Below are positions 54,555-64,000 of a DNA stretch of 64,000 nt, in pieces; positions within the stretch are counted from its first letter, which is position 1; each line of letters begins with the position of its first letter. Origin of the DNA: an uncultured Clostridia bacterium (GTDB lineage Bacteria; Bacillota; Clostridia; Christensenellales; Borkfalkiaceae); contig CALVXB010000006.1 of NCBI GenBank assembly GCA_944368775.1, forward strand, positions 8,196 to 72,195, read 5' to 3'. The notes beneath the pieces are model-generated. The model ran no database searches, was not told where the DNA came from, and saw only the letters and a list, made by a program, of their open reading frames with translations. Made by a program: the position numbers and the translations under genes.

Positions 54555-55937
54555 ATGCAAAGGACTACGATACGAGAGATATATGCGCGAGCGGCGGCGC
54601 TGGGCGGGCAAACGGTCGCCCTGTGCGGCTGGGTCCGCACCCTGCGCGATTCAAAGGCGTTCGGCTTTATCGAGCTGAACGACGGCAGCTGCTTCAAAAA
54701 CTGCCAGGTCGTGTTCGAGCGGGATACGCTCGCCAACTACGACGAGATCGCCCGCCAAAACGTGGGCGCGAGCCTTGTGGTGGAGGGCACCCTCGTGCTC
54801 ACCCCGCAAAACCGCCAGCCTTTCGAGGTCAAGGCGACCGCCGTGTCCGTGATGGGCGCGTCCTCGCCCGACTACCCGCTGCAAAAAAAGCGGCATTCGA
54901 TGGAGTTTCTGCGCGAGATCGCCTACCTGCGCCCGCGCACCAACACCTTCGGCGCGGTGTTCCGCATCCGCAGCGAGGCGGCGTTCGCCATCCACAAGTT
55001 CTTCAACGACCGCGGCTTTGTGTATGTACACACGCCCATCATCACCGGCAGCGACTGCGAGGGCGCGGGCGCGATGTTCCAGGTGACGACGCTCGACCTC
55101 GACAAGATCAAGGGCGAAGTCGACTATAAAAAAGATTTCTTCGGCAAAAAGGCGAGCCTGACCGTCTCCGGCCAGCTCAACGTCGAGCCCTTCGCGATGG
55201 CGTTTGCCGACGTGTATACCTTCGGCCCCACCTTCCGCGCCGAGCGCTCGAACACCACCCGCCACGCGGCGGAGTTCTGGATGATCGAGCCGGAGATGTC
55301 CTTCTGCGACCTCGCGGGGGATATGGACGTCGCCGAGGCGATGGTCAAGTTCGTCATCGATTACGTCATGGAGCGCTGCCCCGACGAGATCGCCTTCCTC
55401 AATAATTTCGTCGACAAGGGTCTCGTCGAGCGGCTGCAAAACGTGTCGGGCAGCGAGTTCGTCCGCCTCACCTATACCGAGGCGATCGGTATCCTCGAAA
55501 AGGTGAAAGACAAGTTCGAGTTCCCCGTTTATTGGGGGTGCGACCTGCAGAGCGAGCACGAGCGGTACCTGACCGAGCAGGTGTATAAAAAGCCCGTCTT
55601 CCTCACCGATTACCCCAAGGAGATCAAGGCCTTTTATATGCGCCTCAACGACGACGGCAAGACGGTCGCCGCGGCAGACCTGCTTGTGCCGGGCATCGGC
55701 GAGCTGATCGGCGGCTCGCAGCGCGAAGAGCGCGAGGACGTCCTGCTCGCGCGCATGAAGGAGCTCGGCCTCGACCCCGCCGACTACGAGTTTTACCTTA
55801 AATTGCGCCGCTACGGCGGCACCGTGCACGCCGGCTTCGGCCTCGGGTTCGAGCGGATGATCATGTACCTTACGGGCATCTCGAACATCCGCGACGTGCT
55901 GCCCTATCCGAGAACGGTGGGGAACTTAGAATATTAA
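54555..55937 (+). CDS. asnS: Asparagine--tRNA ligase
   Basis: ATG at 54555, 6 nt after GGGAGGA. Anticodon-binding OB fold ([23 protein letters not shown]). Class II motifs ([38 protein letters not shown]). Confidence 0.93.
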   Translation: MQRTTIREIYARAAALGGQTVALCGWVRTLRDSKAFGFIELNDGSCFKNCQVVFERDTLANYDEIARQNVGASLVVEGTLVLTPQNRQPFEVKATAVSVMGASSPDYPLQKKRHSMEFLREIAYLRPRTNTFGAVFRIRSEAAFAIHKFFNDRGFVYVHTPIITGSDCEGAGAMFQVTTLDLDKIKGEVDYKKDFFGKKASLTVSGQLNVEPFAMAFADVYTFGPTFRAERSNTTRHAAEFWMIEPEMSFCDLAGDMDVAEAMVKFVIDYVMERCPDEIAFLNNFVDKGLVERLQNVSGSEFVRLTYTEAIGILEKVKDKFEFPVYWGCDLQSEHERYLTEQVYKKPVFLTDYPKEIKAFYMRLNDDGKTVAAADLLVPGIGELIGGSQREEREDVLLARMKELGLDPADYEFYLKLRRYGGTVHAGFGLGFERMIMYLTGISNIRDVLPYPRTVGNLEY

Positions 55938-56822
55938 GCTCGGAGATTTCTCGGCGAGCTGACGCCTGCGAAATCTTCCGATTTGAAGACAACCCCGCGG
56001 GCACGCGCGGGGCGCCGGCCGCGGGGTTTTCCTCATCGTCGCGCGTTTAGGTGCACACCTTCGTCGTCGCACGCCTTTGCTTGCCCGCCTTTTGCTTATT
56101 GGCAAAAGGCGCGGCTTGCGCGGCGGCTCCTCCTCTTCCCAAAAATCTCGCGTCGCTGCGCTCTGCTGTGATTTTCGGGAGCCCTGTTTTTTCGCTCGCC
56201 TTCGCTTGCCCGTGGGCATCCATTGGCTGCCCGCGCGGCTTGCTCGGCGGCTCCTCCTCTTCCCAAAAATCTCGCGTCGCTGCGCTCTGCTGCGATTTTC
56301 GGGAGCCCTGTTATTTTTCGCGCGGCTGCACCCTCTTCCCGGAAGCCTTCCGGTAAATTGGGAAAAAAGCAAAAAGTGTCATTTTTGCTTTTTCAGAAGT
56401 TTAAGAATTGTATTTTAGCGCGGCGTTGCCGCTTTTTCGAGAAAATTTAATTAAAAATACTCGCGCAAGCTCGTCGTCGCTCGCCTTTGCTTGCCAGCCT
56501 TTTGCTAAAAGCAAAAGGCTCGGCTTGCAAGGCGGCTCCTCCTCTTCCCAAAAATCTCGCGACGCTTCGCACCGCTGCGATTTTCGGGAACCCTATTTTT
56601 ATTAAATTTTTGCGCAAGGAAAATCACACTTTTCCGCCAGCGCACTGTATTTGCCGTTAGGCTTTTGCAGAAAGAGTGAATTTGCGCGACTTCTTAATGG
56701 CGTGCCCTTCATTGTCGCGCAAAGAGAGAAAACCGGCCGCAGAGCAGCGATAGCTGCGAACGGCGGGTTGTCTATAAAATCGGAAGATTTCGCAGGCAGC
56801 AGCCTGCCGAGAAATCTCCGAG
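55938..56822. repeat. Mosaic nested-hairpin repeat locus L7 (0.9-kb array between asnS and plsX)
   Basis: Starts at the base after the asnS stop and ends 12 nt before the plsX ATG. Palindrome F lies at both ends (55938-55984 and 56776-56822). Three reverse-orientation copies of module D plus hairpin E are present (D at 56061-56145, 56192-56269 and 56470-56554). Hairpin G lies at about 56358-56395. The segment 56700-56785 is the reverse complement of 40640-40725. Confidence 0.92.
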
Positions 56823-56834
56823 GGAGATTTTTTT

Positions 56835-57861
56835 ATGATCAAGATCATCGTAGACGCAATGGGCGGAGACAACGCCCCGCAGGAGATCGTCAAGGGCGCC
56901 GCAATGGCGCTGAATCAGGACAAAGATTTGCAGGTGGTGCTCACCGGCGACGAGGGCAAGGTCAACGCGTGCCTTGCGGGCCTCTCGTACGATGCCGCCC
57001 GCCTGCAGGTGGTGCACTGCACCGAGGTCATCACCAACGACGACGCGCCCACCCTCGCCATCCGCCAAAAGAAGGATTCTTCCCTCGTGGTCGCGCTCAA
57101 AATGCTCAAAGAGGACGAGAGCGCGGCGGGCTTCGTATCCGCGGGCTCGACGGGCGCGGTACTCACGGGCGCGCTGCTGCGCGTCGGCCGCATCCGCGGC
57201 ATTTCACGCCCCGCCGTCTGCCCCGCGCTGCCCACCGCCAAGGGGGGCAAGGTGCTCATCATCGACGCGGGCGCAAACGCCGAGTGCAAGCCGGTCAACC
57301 TCTGCCACTTCGCGCTGATGGGCACCGCCTACGCGCGCACGATGGGGGTGAAGGACCCGCGCGTCGGCCTCGTCACCAACGGCACCGAGGAACACAAGGG
57401 CGACCCGCTGCACCAGGAGAGCTACCATATGCTCAAAGAGCTGGCGGGCATCCGCTTCGTCGGCAACGTCGAGGGGCGCGACATCATGAGCGGCGACATC
57501 GACGTCGCCGTGTGCGACGGCTTTTCGGGCAACATCGCCTTGAAGACGGCGGAGGGCACCGCGCTCGCGGTGATGAGCGTCATCAAGCAGAACATCAAGA
57601 GCTCCCTCGCCGCCAAGATCGGCTATGCGCTGTTCATGCGCGGGGCCTTCAAAAAGATCAAAAAGGTGCTCGACTATTCCAAGTACGGCGGGGCGGTGCT
57701 GCTGGGCATCGAAAAGCCCGTCGTCAAGGCGCACGGTTCGAGCAAGGCAGAGTCTGTGTGCGCCGCCGTTTTGCAGGCGAAGGAGGCCGCCGAAAGCGGG
57801 CTGGTCGGCGATATCCGCGAGATGCTCGCGGCCGTGCAGCCGGAAGGGGAGACGGGCGCCG

Positions 57862-57869
<8 letters not shown>
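56835..57869 (+). CDS. plsX: Phosphate acyltransferase PlsX
   Basis: MIKIIVDAMGGDNAPQEIVKGA start and SAGSTGAV motif. Confidence 0.95.
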
Positions 57870-58508
<639 letters not shown>

Positions 58509-58512
<4 letters not shown>

Positions 58513-61500
58513 ACTTCAAAAAAGTTGAACTCAACGGATTCAAGTCCTTCGCGGACAAGACGGAGATCCGCTTCGACAACGGCGTCACCTGTATCGTGGG
58601 GCCGAACGGCTGCGGCAAGAGCAACGTGGCGGACGCCATCCGCTGGGTGTTCGGCGAGCAGTCGGCAAAGACCATGCGCGGCTCGAGCATGCAAGACGTC
58701 ATCTTCGGCGGCACCCAGCAGCGCAAGAGCCAATCTTTCTGCGAGGTGACGCTCACCTTCGACAATTCGACCAAGATGTTCGCCGACCTCGACTACGCCG
58801 AGGTCGCCATGACCCGCCGCCTCTTCCGCAGCGGCGAGAGCGAGTACCTGATCAACAAGCAGCCCTGCCGCATGAAGGACATCGTCGACCGCCTGCACTC
58901 CGTCGGCTTGGGCAAGGAGGGGTACTCCATCATCGGCCAGGGCAAGATCGAGCAGATCATGAACGCCAAGCCGGAGGACCGCCGCGCCATCTTCGAGGAG
59001 GCGACGGGCATCATCCTCTTCAAGGCGCGCCGGCAGGAGATCGAGCGCCGCCTCTCCAACTCGTACAACAACCTCAACATCTACCTGCAGCGCATGGGCG
59101 AGGTCGAGCATATGCTCGCGCCGCTCGCGCGGCAGTCGGAAAAGACCCGCCGCTACCGCGAGCTGTACGCCGAGCTCAAGCAGGCGGAGATCAACCTCTA
59201 CATCTACAAGCACGAAGACGCCGCCTCCGCGCGCGCCCGCATCGCGGGCGCCGTCGCCGCCATCCAGGCGCAGATCGACGCCTGCCGCGCCGAGTCGGAG
59301 CGGCTGGAGACCAAGTACGCCGAGGACCGCAAGCGCCTCTCCGAGAGCGACGCGCTGCTGCAAAAGCTCAACGAGCAGATCCTGCGCATCACCGTCGAGC
59401 TGCAAAAAAAGGAGGGGGACGCCAAGGTCATCCGCGAGCGCATCGCCTTCTGCAACAGCCAGCGCGAGGCGGACGAAAAGACGGCGGCGGAGGGCGCCGC
59501 CCGCCTCGAGGCGATCGCCGCCGAGTCGGCGCAGAGTTTGCGCTCCGCCGCGCGGCAGGAAAATAAGATGGAAGAATGCCGCCGCGAGATCGAGCAGCTC
59601 TCCGCAGAAGTCGCAGATCTCGGCGGCAAGCTGACCGAGTACGAGGCGCTGACCGACGCCTCCCGGCGCAGCGTCATCGACACCATCGAGGACCTCTCCG
59701 AGATCCGCCAGAACATCGGTACCCTCTCCGCCCGCAAAGAGGCGGCGGAGGAGCGGCTTGCCGAGCTCGCCGCGCAGGCGCAAAAGAGCGCCGAGGCGCT
59801 CGCCGCGGACAAAAAGGCGCTCGCCGAGTGCGAAGATTGGCTCGCAGAGGTCGAAGAGTACGTCGCGCGCGAGCCGCAGGCGCGCGCCGAGCAAGAGCAA
59901 AAGCTCGCTTCCCTCTCCGCTAAGACGGACGAATTGAGCGAGCAGATCTTCCGCTGCGACGCGCGCATCGCCAGCCTTCGCGACCGCGAGCGCTTCTACC
60001 GCAACGTCAAGGAGGAGTTCGAGGGGTACAAATTCTCCGTCAAAAAGCTGCTGGGCGAGGCGCGCAAGAACGCGGCGCTCTCCGCGCGGCTCAAGGGGGT
60101 CATCGCCGACATCGTCCACTGCGACGAGCAGTACGAGGTCGCCGTGGAGACCGCCTTCGGCGGCGCGATGCAAAACGTCGTCACCGCCACGGCGGAGGAC
60201 GCGCGCTACCTCATCGAGCACCTCAAGCGCACCAAGGGCGGGCAGGTCACCTTTCTCCCCGTCGCGGCGCTCAAGCCCCGCTACGAGACGGACTACACCC
60301 GCAAGGCGCTGCGCGAGCCGGGCGCGGTGGGGCTGGCGACCGACCTCGTCCGCTTCGACGAGTACTACGCGAACGTCGTCTACAACCTCATCGGCAACAC
60401 CCTCGTCGCCGACACCATCGCCTCCGCCACCGCCATCGCCAAAAAGTACCCGCACGCCTTCCGCATCGTCACGCTGGACGGCGACGTCATCGCGACGAGC
60501 GGCTCGATGACGGGCGGTTCCCGCCGTGAAGGGGGCAGCAGCTTCCTCGCCAACGAGCGCAAGATCGAGGAGGCCAAGGCTGCGCTCGCCGCGGCAGAAA
60601 AGGAGCGCGCCGCCCTCGCAGACGCTAAAATCAAGGCAGAAAAAGCGCAGCAAAAGGCCGCCGCCGCGCTCGAAACACTGCGCGAGGGCTTCCAGGAGGC
60701 CAAGAGCCGCCGCGCCGCCCTCGCCGAAAAAAAGGAGACGCTTTCTTCCCGCGTCGCCGCCGGCGAGGAGGAGTACCGCGCCCGGGAGCAGGCGGTCGGC
60801 CTGCTGCACGCGCGGCTGCAGCAGCTCACCAGCGAAGTGAATACCTCTTCGGAAGGGGAAGAAGAGATCGCCCGCCGCCGCAGCGACGCGCAGGGCGAGT
60901 CTGACCGCCGCAAGGGGGAGTACGACCGCCTCAAGGGCGAGTACGACCAGCGCAACCTGCGGCTGAACGCGCTGCAGGTGTATGTGGCGCAGTACCGCGC
61001 CGCAGCCGCCGCCGACCGCGACGCCGTCGAGCGGCTGGAGCGCGAGCGCGCAGAGCTGACCGCGCGCATCGAGGCGGCCAAAGAGAACGCGCAAAACCTC
61101 GCCGCCGCCGTCGCCGAGCTCGAGGTGCAGGCCGAGCAGGCTGCGCTCACCCCCGCCCAGCGGGAGGAGCTGAACGATCTGCGCACCCGCCGCGACGAGG
61201 AGACGCGCTTCAAGGAGACGCTCAACGCCGAGCTCGAAAGCGTTTTGGGCGAGACGCGCGCGCACAGCGAGCGCGCCGAGGCGCTCGCCGAAGAGCGGCA
61301 CAAGCGGGAGATCGAGCGCACCAAGATCGATTCGGAGCTGGAAAATTTGCAGGCGCGCATCTCGGAGGAATACAACGAGACGTACGAGAGCTGCCTCGCG
61401 TATAAGGAAGAAAACTTCGACGCGAAGGCGGGGCAGACGGCGGTCAACCGCCTCCGCCGCGAAATTTCTTCCCTCGGCGCCATCAACCACAACGCCATCG

Positions 61501-62108
61501 AGGAGTACGAGGCGCTGCACGCGCAGTACGAGGAGATGTGCGCCCAGCGAGACGACGTGCAGCGGGGCATCGACGACACGAGCGCCGCGCTCGAGGAGCT
61601 CAAAGGCGAGATGCAGAAGCAGTTCGACGAGGGCTTCAACCGCATCAACGAAAATTTCCAAAAGCTCTTCCGCGAGCTGTTCGGCGGCGGCCGCGCCGAG
61701 CTGCAGATGGACTACGCCGACACCGACGACCCCCTCTCCGCGGGCGTCGAGATCGTCGCCTGCCCGCCCGGCAAAAAGCTGACCAAGATCTCGCTGCTTT
61801 CGGGCGGCGAGCGGGCGCTCACCGCCATCGCCATCCTCTTCGCCATCCTCATGCTCCGCCCCATGCCCTTCTGCGTGCTCGACGAGATCGAGGCGGCGCT
61901 CGACGAGGCCAACGTCGACAAGTTTGCCCGCTTCCTCAAAAAATTCGCAAAAGAGACGCAGTTCATCGTCATCACCCACCGCAAGCCGACGATGGAGCAG
62001 GCAGACAGTCTGTTCGGCGTCACGATGGAGGAGAAGGGCGTCTCCAAGATCGTATCCGTCCGCCTCTCCGAGGTGGAGAGCCGCCTGGGCGGCGACACGG
62101 TCGCCTGA
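58509..62108 (+). CDS. smc: Chromosome partition protein Smc
   Basis: Walker A GPNGCGKSN, long coiled coils, a hinge region, the LSGGE signature and Walker B FCVLDEIEAALD. 1199 aa. Confidence 0.97.
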
Positions 62109-62159
62109 AAAGCCATTCAAACCCAAAAAAACACCGAGAACGGAGGAGATCGCCGCGCA

Positions 62160-62876
62160 ATGAGTTCGACGCGCCGCTTTTTTGTTGAAAATATCCGCCG
62201 CGAGACGGAGCTTGTCGGCGACGCCTTCGCCCACGCGCGCAGCGTGCTGCGCCTGCGCGAGGGAGACGAGGTCGTCCTCTTCGACGGCAGCGGCAAGGAG
62301 TACACCGCCATCGTCGCCCGCGCGGGCAAAAACAGCCTGCTGTGCAACGTGCTCGGCGAGCGCGCCTGCGACAAGGACGCCCGCACCCCCCTCTGCCTGT
62401 GCGTCGGCGCGCTCAAGGGAGACAAGACGGAGCTGGTCGTGCAGAAGGCGACCGAGCTGGGCGTCTCCGCCGTCGACGTCTTTTCCTCCCGCTACTGCGC
62501 CGCGTACATGAACGAAAAAAAGCTCGAGCGGCTGGGCAAGGTCGCGCGGGAGGCGGCCGAGCAGTGCGGCCGCGCGACGGTGCCCTCCGTGCGCTATTTC
62601 GATACCCTCGGCGGCGCGCTCGCCGACTGCGCGGGGTACAAAAACAAGCTGTTCGCCTGCGAGTTCGCAGAAAGCAGCGAGGCGGACCTCGCGAGCCTTT
62701 CGGGCAGCTGCGCGCTGGTCGTGGGCAGCGAGGGGGGCTTCGCGCCGGACGAGTTCGAGGCGGCGCGGGCGGCGGGCTTTGCGGGCATCACCCTCGGCCG
62801 CCGCATCCTGCGCGCGGAGACGGCTGCCATCGCCTTCACCGCCGTGGTCGCCTATTGTCTGGGAGAATTGCGATGA
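62160..62876 (+). CDS. rsmE: 16S rRNA (uracil1498-N3)-methyltransferase RsmE
   Basis: RRFFVE start, PUA-like N-domain, and a SPOUT C-domain (LVVGSEGGFAPDE...ITLGRRILRAETAA). Confidence 0.9.
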   Translation: MSSTRRFFVENIRRETELVGDAFAHARSVLRLREGDEVVLFDGSGKEYTAIVARAGKNSLLCNVLGERACDKDARTPLCLCVGALKGDKTELVVQKATELGVSAVDVFSSRYCAAYMNEKKLERLGKVAREAAEQCGRATVPSVRYFDTLGGALADCAGYKNKLFACEFAESSEADLASLSGSCALVVGSEGGFAPDEFEAARAAGFAGITLGRRILRAETAAIAFTAVVAYCLGELR

Positions 62877-64000
62877 AGGCCGTCATCTTCACCTTGGGCT
62901 GCAAGGTCAACGACTGCGAGAGCGCCTCTCTCGCGCACGCCCTGCGCGAACGGGGGTGGGAGGTGTCGGAGGCGCTCGAAGACGCCGACCTCTTCATCCT
63001 CAATACCTGCGCCGTCACGGCGGAGGCGGAAAAAAAGTCGCGCCAGGCGGTCGCGCGCATCCGCGCCGTGTCGCCGCACGCGCGCATCGCCGTGTGCGGC
63101 TGCGCCGCCGAGCGCGCCCCCGCCGCCTTTGCGCAAAAGGAGGGGGTGTTCCTCGTCACGGGCGCGCAGAGCAAGGGCGAGCTCGTCGACCTGCTCGCCT
63201 CGCACGCCCGCGGCGTGTGCATCCGCGGCGAGTCCGCCTACGGCGAGCTGCCCGCCCCGCAGTCCGCAAAGAGCCGCGCCTTCGTCAAGATCCAGGACGG
63301 CTGCAACAACTTCTGCTCCTACTGCATCATCCCCTACCTGCGCGGCCGCACCCGCTCGCGCTCGCTCGAAAGCGCCGCGGCGGAGATCTTGTCCTCTCCT
63401 GCCGAAGAGGTCGTCATCACCGGCATCGACGTCTCCTCTTATAACGACGGCGGCCGCGACCTCGCCGACCTGCTGCTCGCCGTCAAAGACGCGCCCGCGC
63501 GCATCCGCCTCGGCTCGCTCGAGGCGGGCGTCGTCACCGAGCGGCTGCTCGCGGCGGCAAAGCAGGTGCGCGACTTCGCACCCCACTTCCACCTCTCGCT
63601 GCAGAGCGGGTCAGACGCCGTTTTGCGCCGCATGAACCGCCACTACACGGGCGAGCAGTTCCTCTCCCGCATCGCCCTCGCGCGTTCGTACTTTCCGTGC
63701 GCCGCCATCACCACCGACATCATCGCCGGCTTCCCCGGAGAGACGGAGGAGGACTTCGCCGCCACCTGCGCGCTCGCCGAGCGCGCCGCCTTTGCGGGCA
63801 TCCACGCCTTTCCGTACAGCCGCCGCACCGGCACCGCCGCCGCCAAGATGGAAGATTTGCCCGCCGCCGTCAAAAAGCAGCGGCTGCACCGCCTGCTCGA
63901 GCTCGCGGCGCGCCTGCGCGCCGCGTACGAAGGGCAGTTCGTCGGCCGCACCCTCTCCCTCGTTCCAGAGGAGCAAAAGGAGGGCTTCACCGTCGGCTAT
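62873..64000 (+). CDS. mtaB: tRNA methylthiotransferase MtaB (radical SAM), partial (3' end beyond the window)
   Basis: My own translation from ATG 62873 (ATGA overlap with the rsmE stop) is open to the window end: MKAVIFTLGCKVNDCESASLA... It has the radical-SAM motif CNNFCSYC and a TRAM-proximal region. It is missing from the ORF track because no stop codon lies inside the window. Confidence 0.85.
   Translation, partial: MKAVIFTLGCKVNDCESASLAHALRERGWEVSEALEDADLFILNTCAVTAEAEKKSRQAVARIRAVSPHARIAVCGCAAERAPAAFAQKEGVFLVTGAQSKGELVDLLASHARGVCIRGESAYGELPAPQSAKSRAFVKIQDGCNNFCSYCIIPYLRGRTRSRSLESAAAEILSSPAEEVVITGIDVSSYNDGGRDLADLLLAVKDAPARIRLGSLEAGVVTERLLAAAKQVRDFAPHFHLSLQSGSDAVLRRMNRHYTGEQFLSRIALARSYFPCAAITTDIIAGFPGETEEDFAATCALAERAAFAGIHAFPYSRRTGTAAAKMEDLPAAVKKQRLHRLLELAARLRAAYEGQFVGRTLSLVPEEQKEGFTVGY

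Noticed and set aside
55938-56822. The repeat arrays as CRISPR arrays
   Set aside because: There is no constant-length direct repeat alternating with unique spacers. Modules differ in length, are shuffled and inverted, are themselves long palindromes, and no cas genes are present.

Overview
The window comes from a very GC-rich chromosome. Lines I hand-counted in the main body are about 70 % G+C. The gene order looks like Firmicutes/Clostridia: addB-addA, hrcA-grpE-dnaK-dnaJ, plsX-rnc-smc, obg-yhbY-nadD/yqeK-rsfS. Most of the window is housekeeping: AddAB, asparagine synthetase behind a T-box, QueH, Rrf2-NifS, malic enzyme, Nth, Obg, Pdp-DeoC, the CIRCE-controlled chaperone operon, AsnS, PlsX, RNase III, SMC, RsmE and MtaB.

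Three things stand out.

(1) The left 4.7 kb is sharply AT-rich (hand-counted lines are 28-47 % G+C). It holds one tightly packed minus-strand operon: XRE-HTH, GIY-YIG/DUF4357 nuclease, AlbA_2/Schlafen-like protein, HsdM, then HsdS, which runs off the window. It has its own consensus promoter with a flanking inverted repeat. This looks like a horizontally acquired defence island in which uncharacterised nuclease and DNA-binding genes are embedded in a type I R-M module. It is my best candidate for an undescribed system.

(2) Seven intergenic loci, about 3.6 kb in total, are built from one modular, nested-hairpin repeat family. Copies occur in both orientations and often start right after stop codons. 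The stems show compensatory substitutions between copies. One locus has a 196-bp tandem duplication, and a 0.9-kb array lies between asnS and plsX.

(3) A short BclA-like collagen-repeat protein has an N-terminal CCCC motif and no C-terminal domain. It sits next to a GT2-TPR glycosyltransferase and an AraC regulator.

Smaller items:
- an Asn T-box leader
- an orphan consensus promoter followed by duplicated terminators (sRNA candidate)
- two candidate leaderless genes
- a nadD-yqeK fusion
- a 4 x 78-bp repeat in an S41 peptidase
- a PadR-DUF1700-DUF4097 module

All family assignments rest on motifs I recognise by eye. No database search was run. The many long antisense or out-of-frame ORFs in the track are GC-content artefacts.
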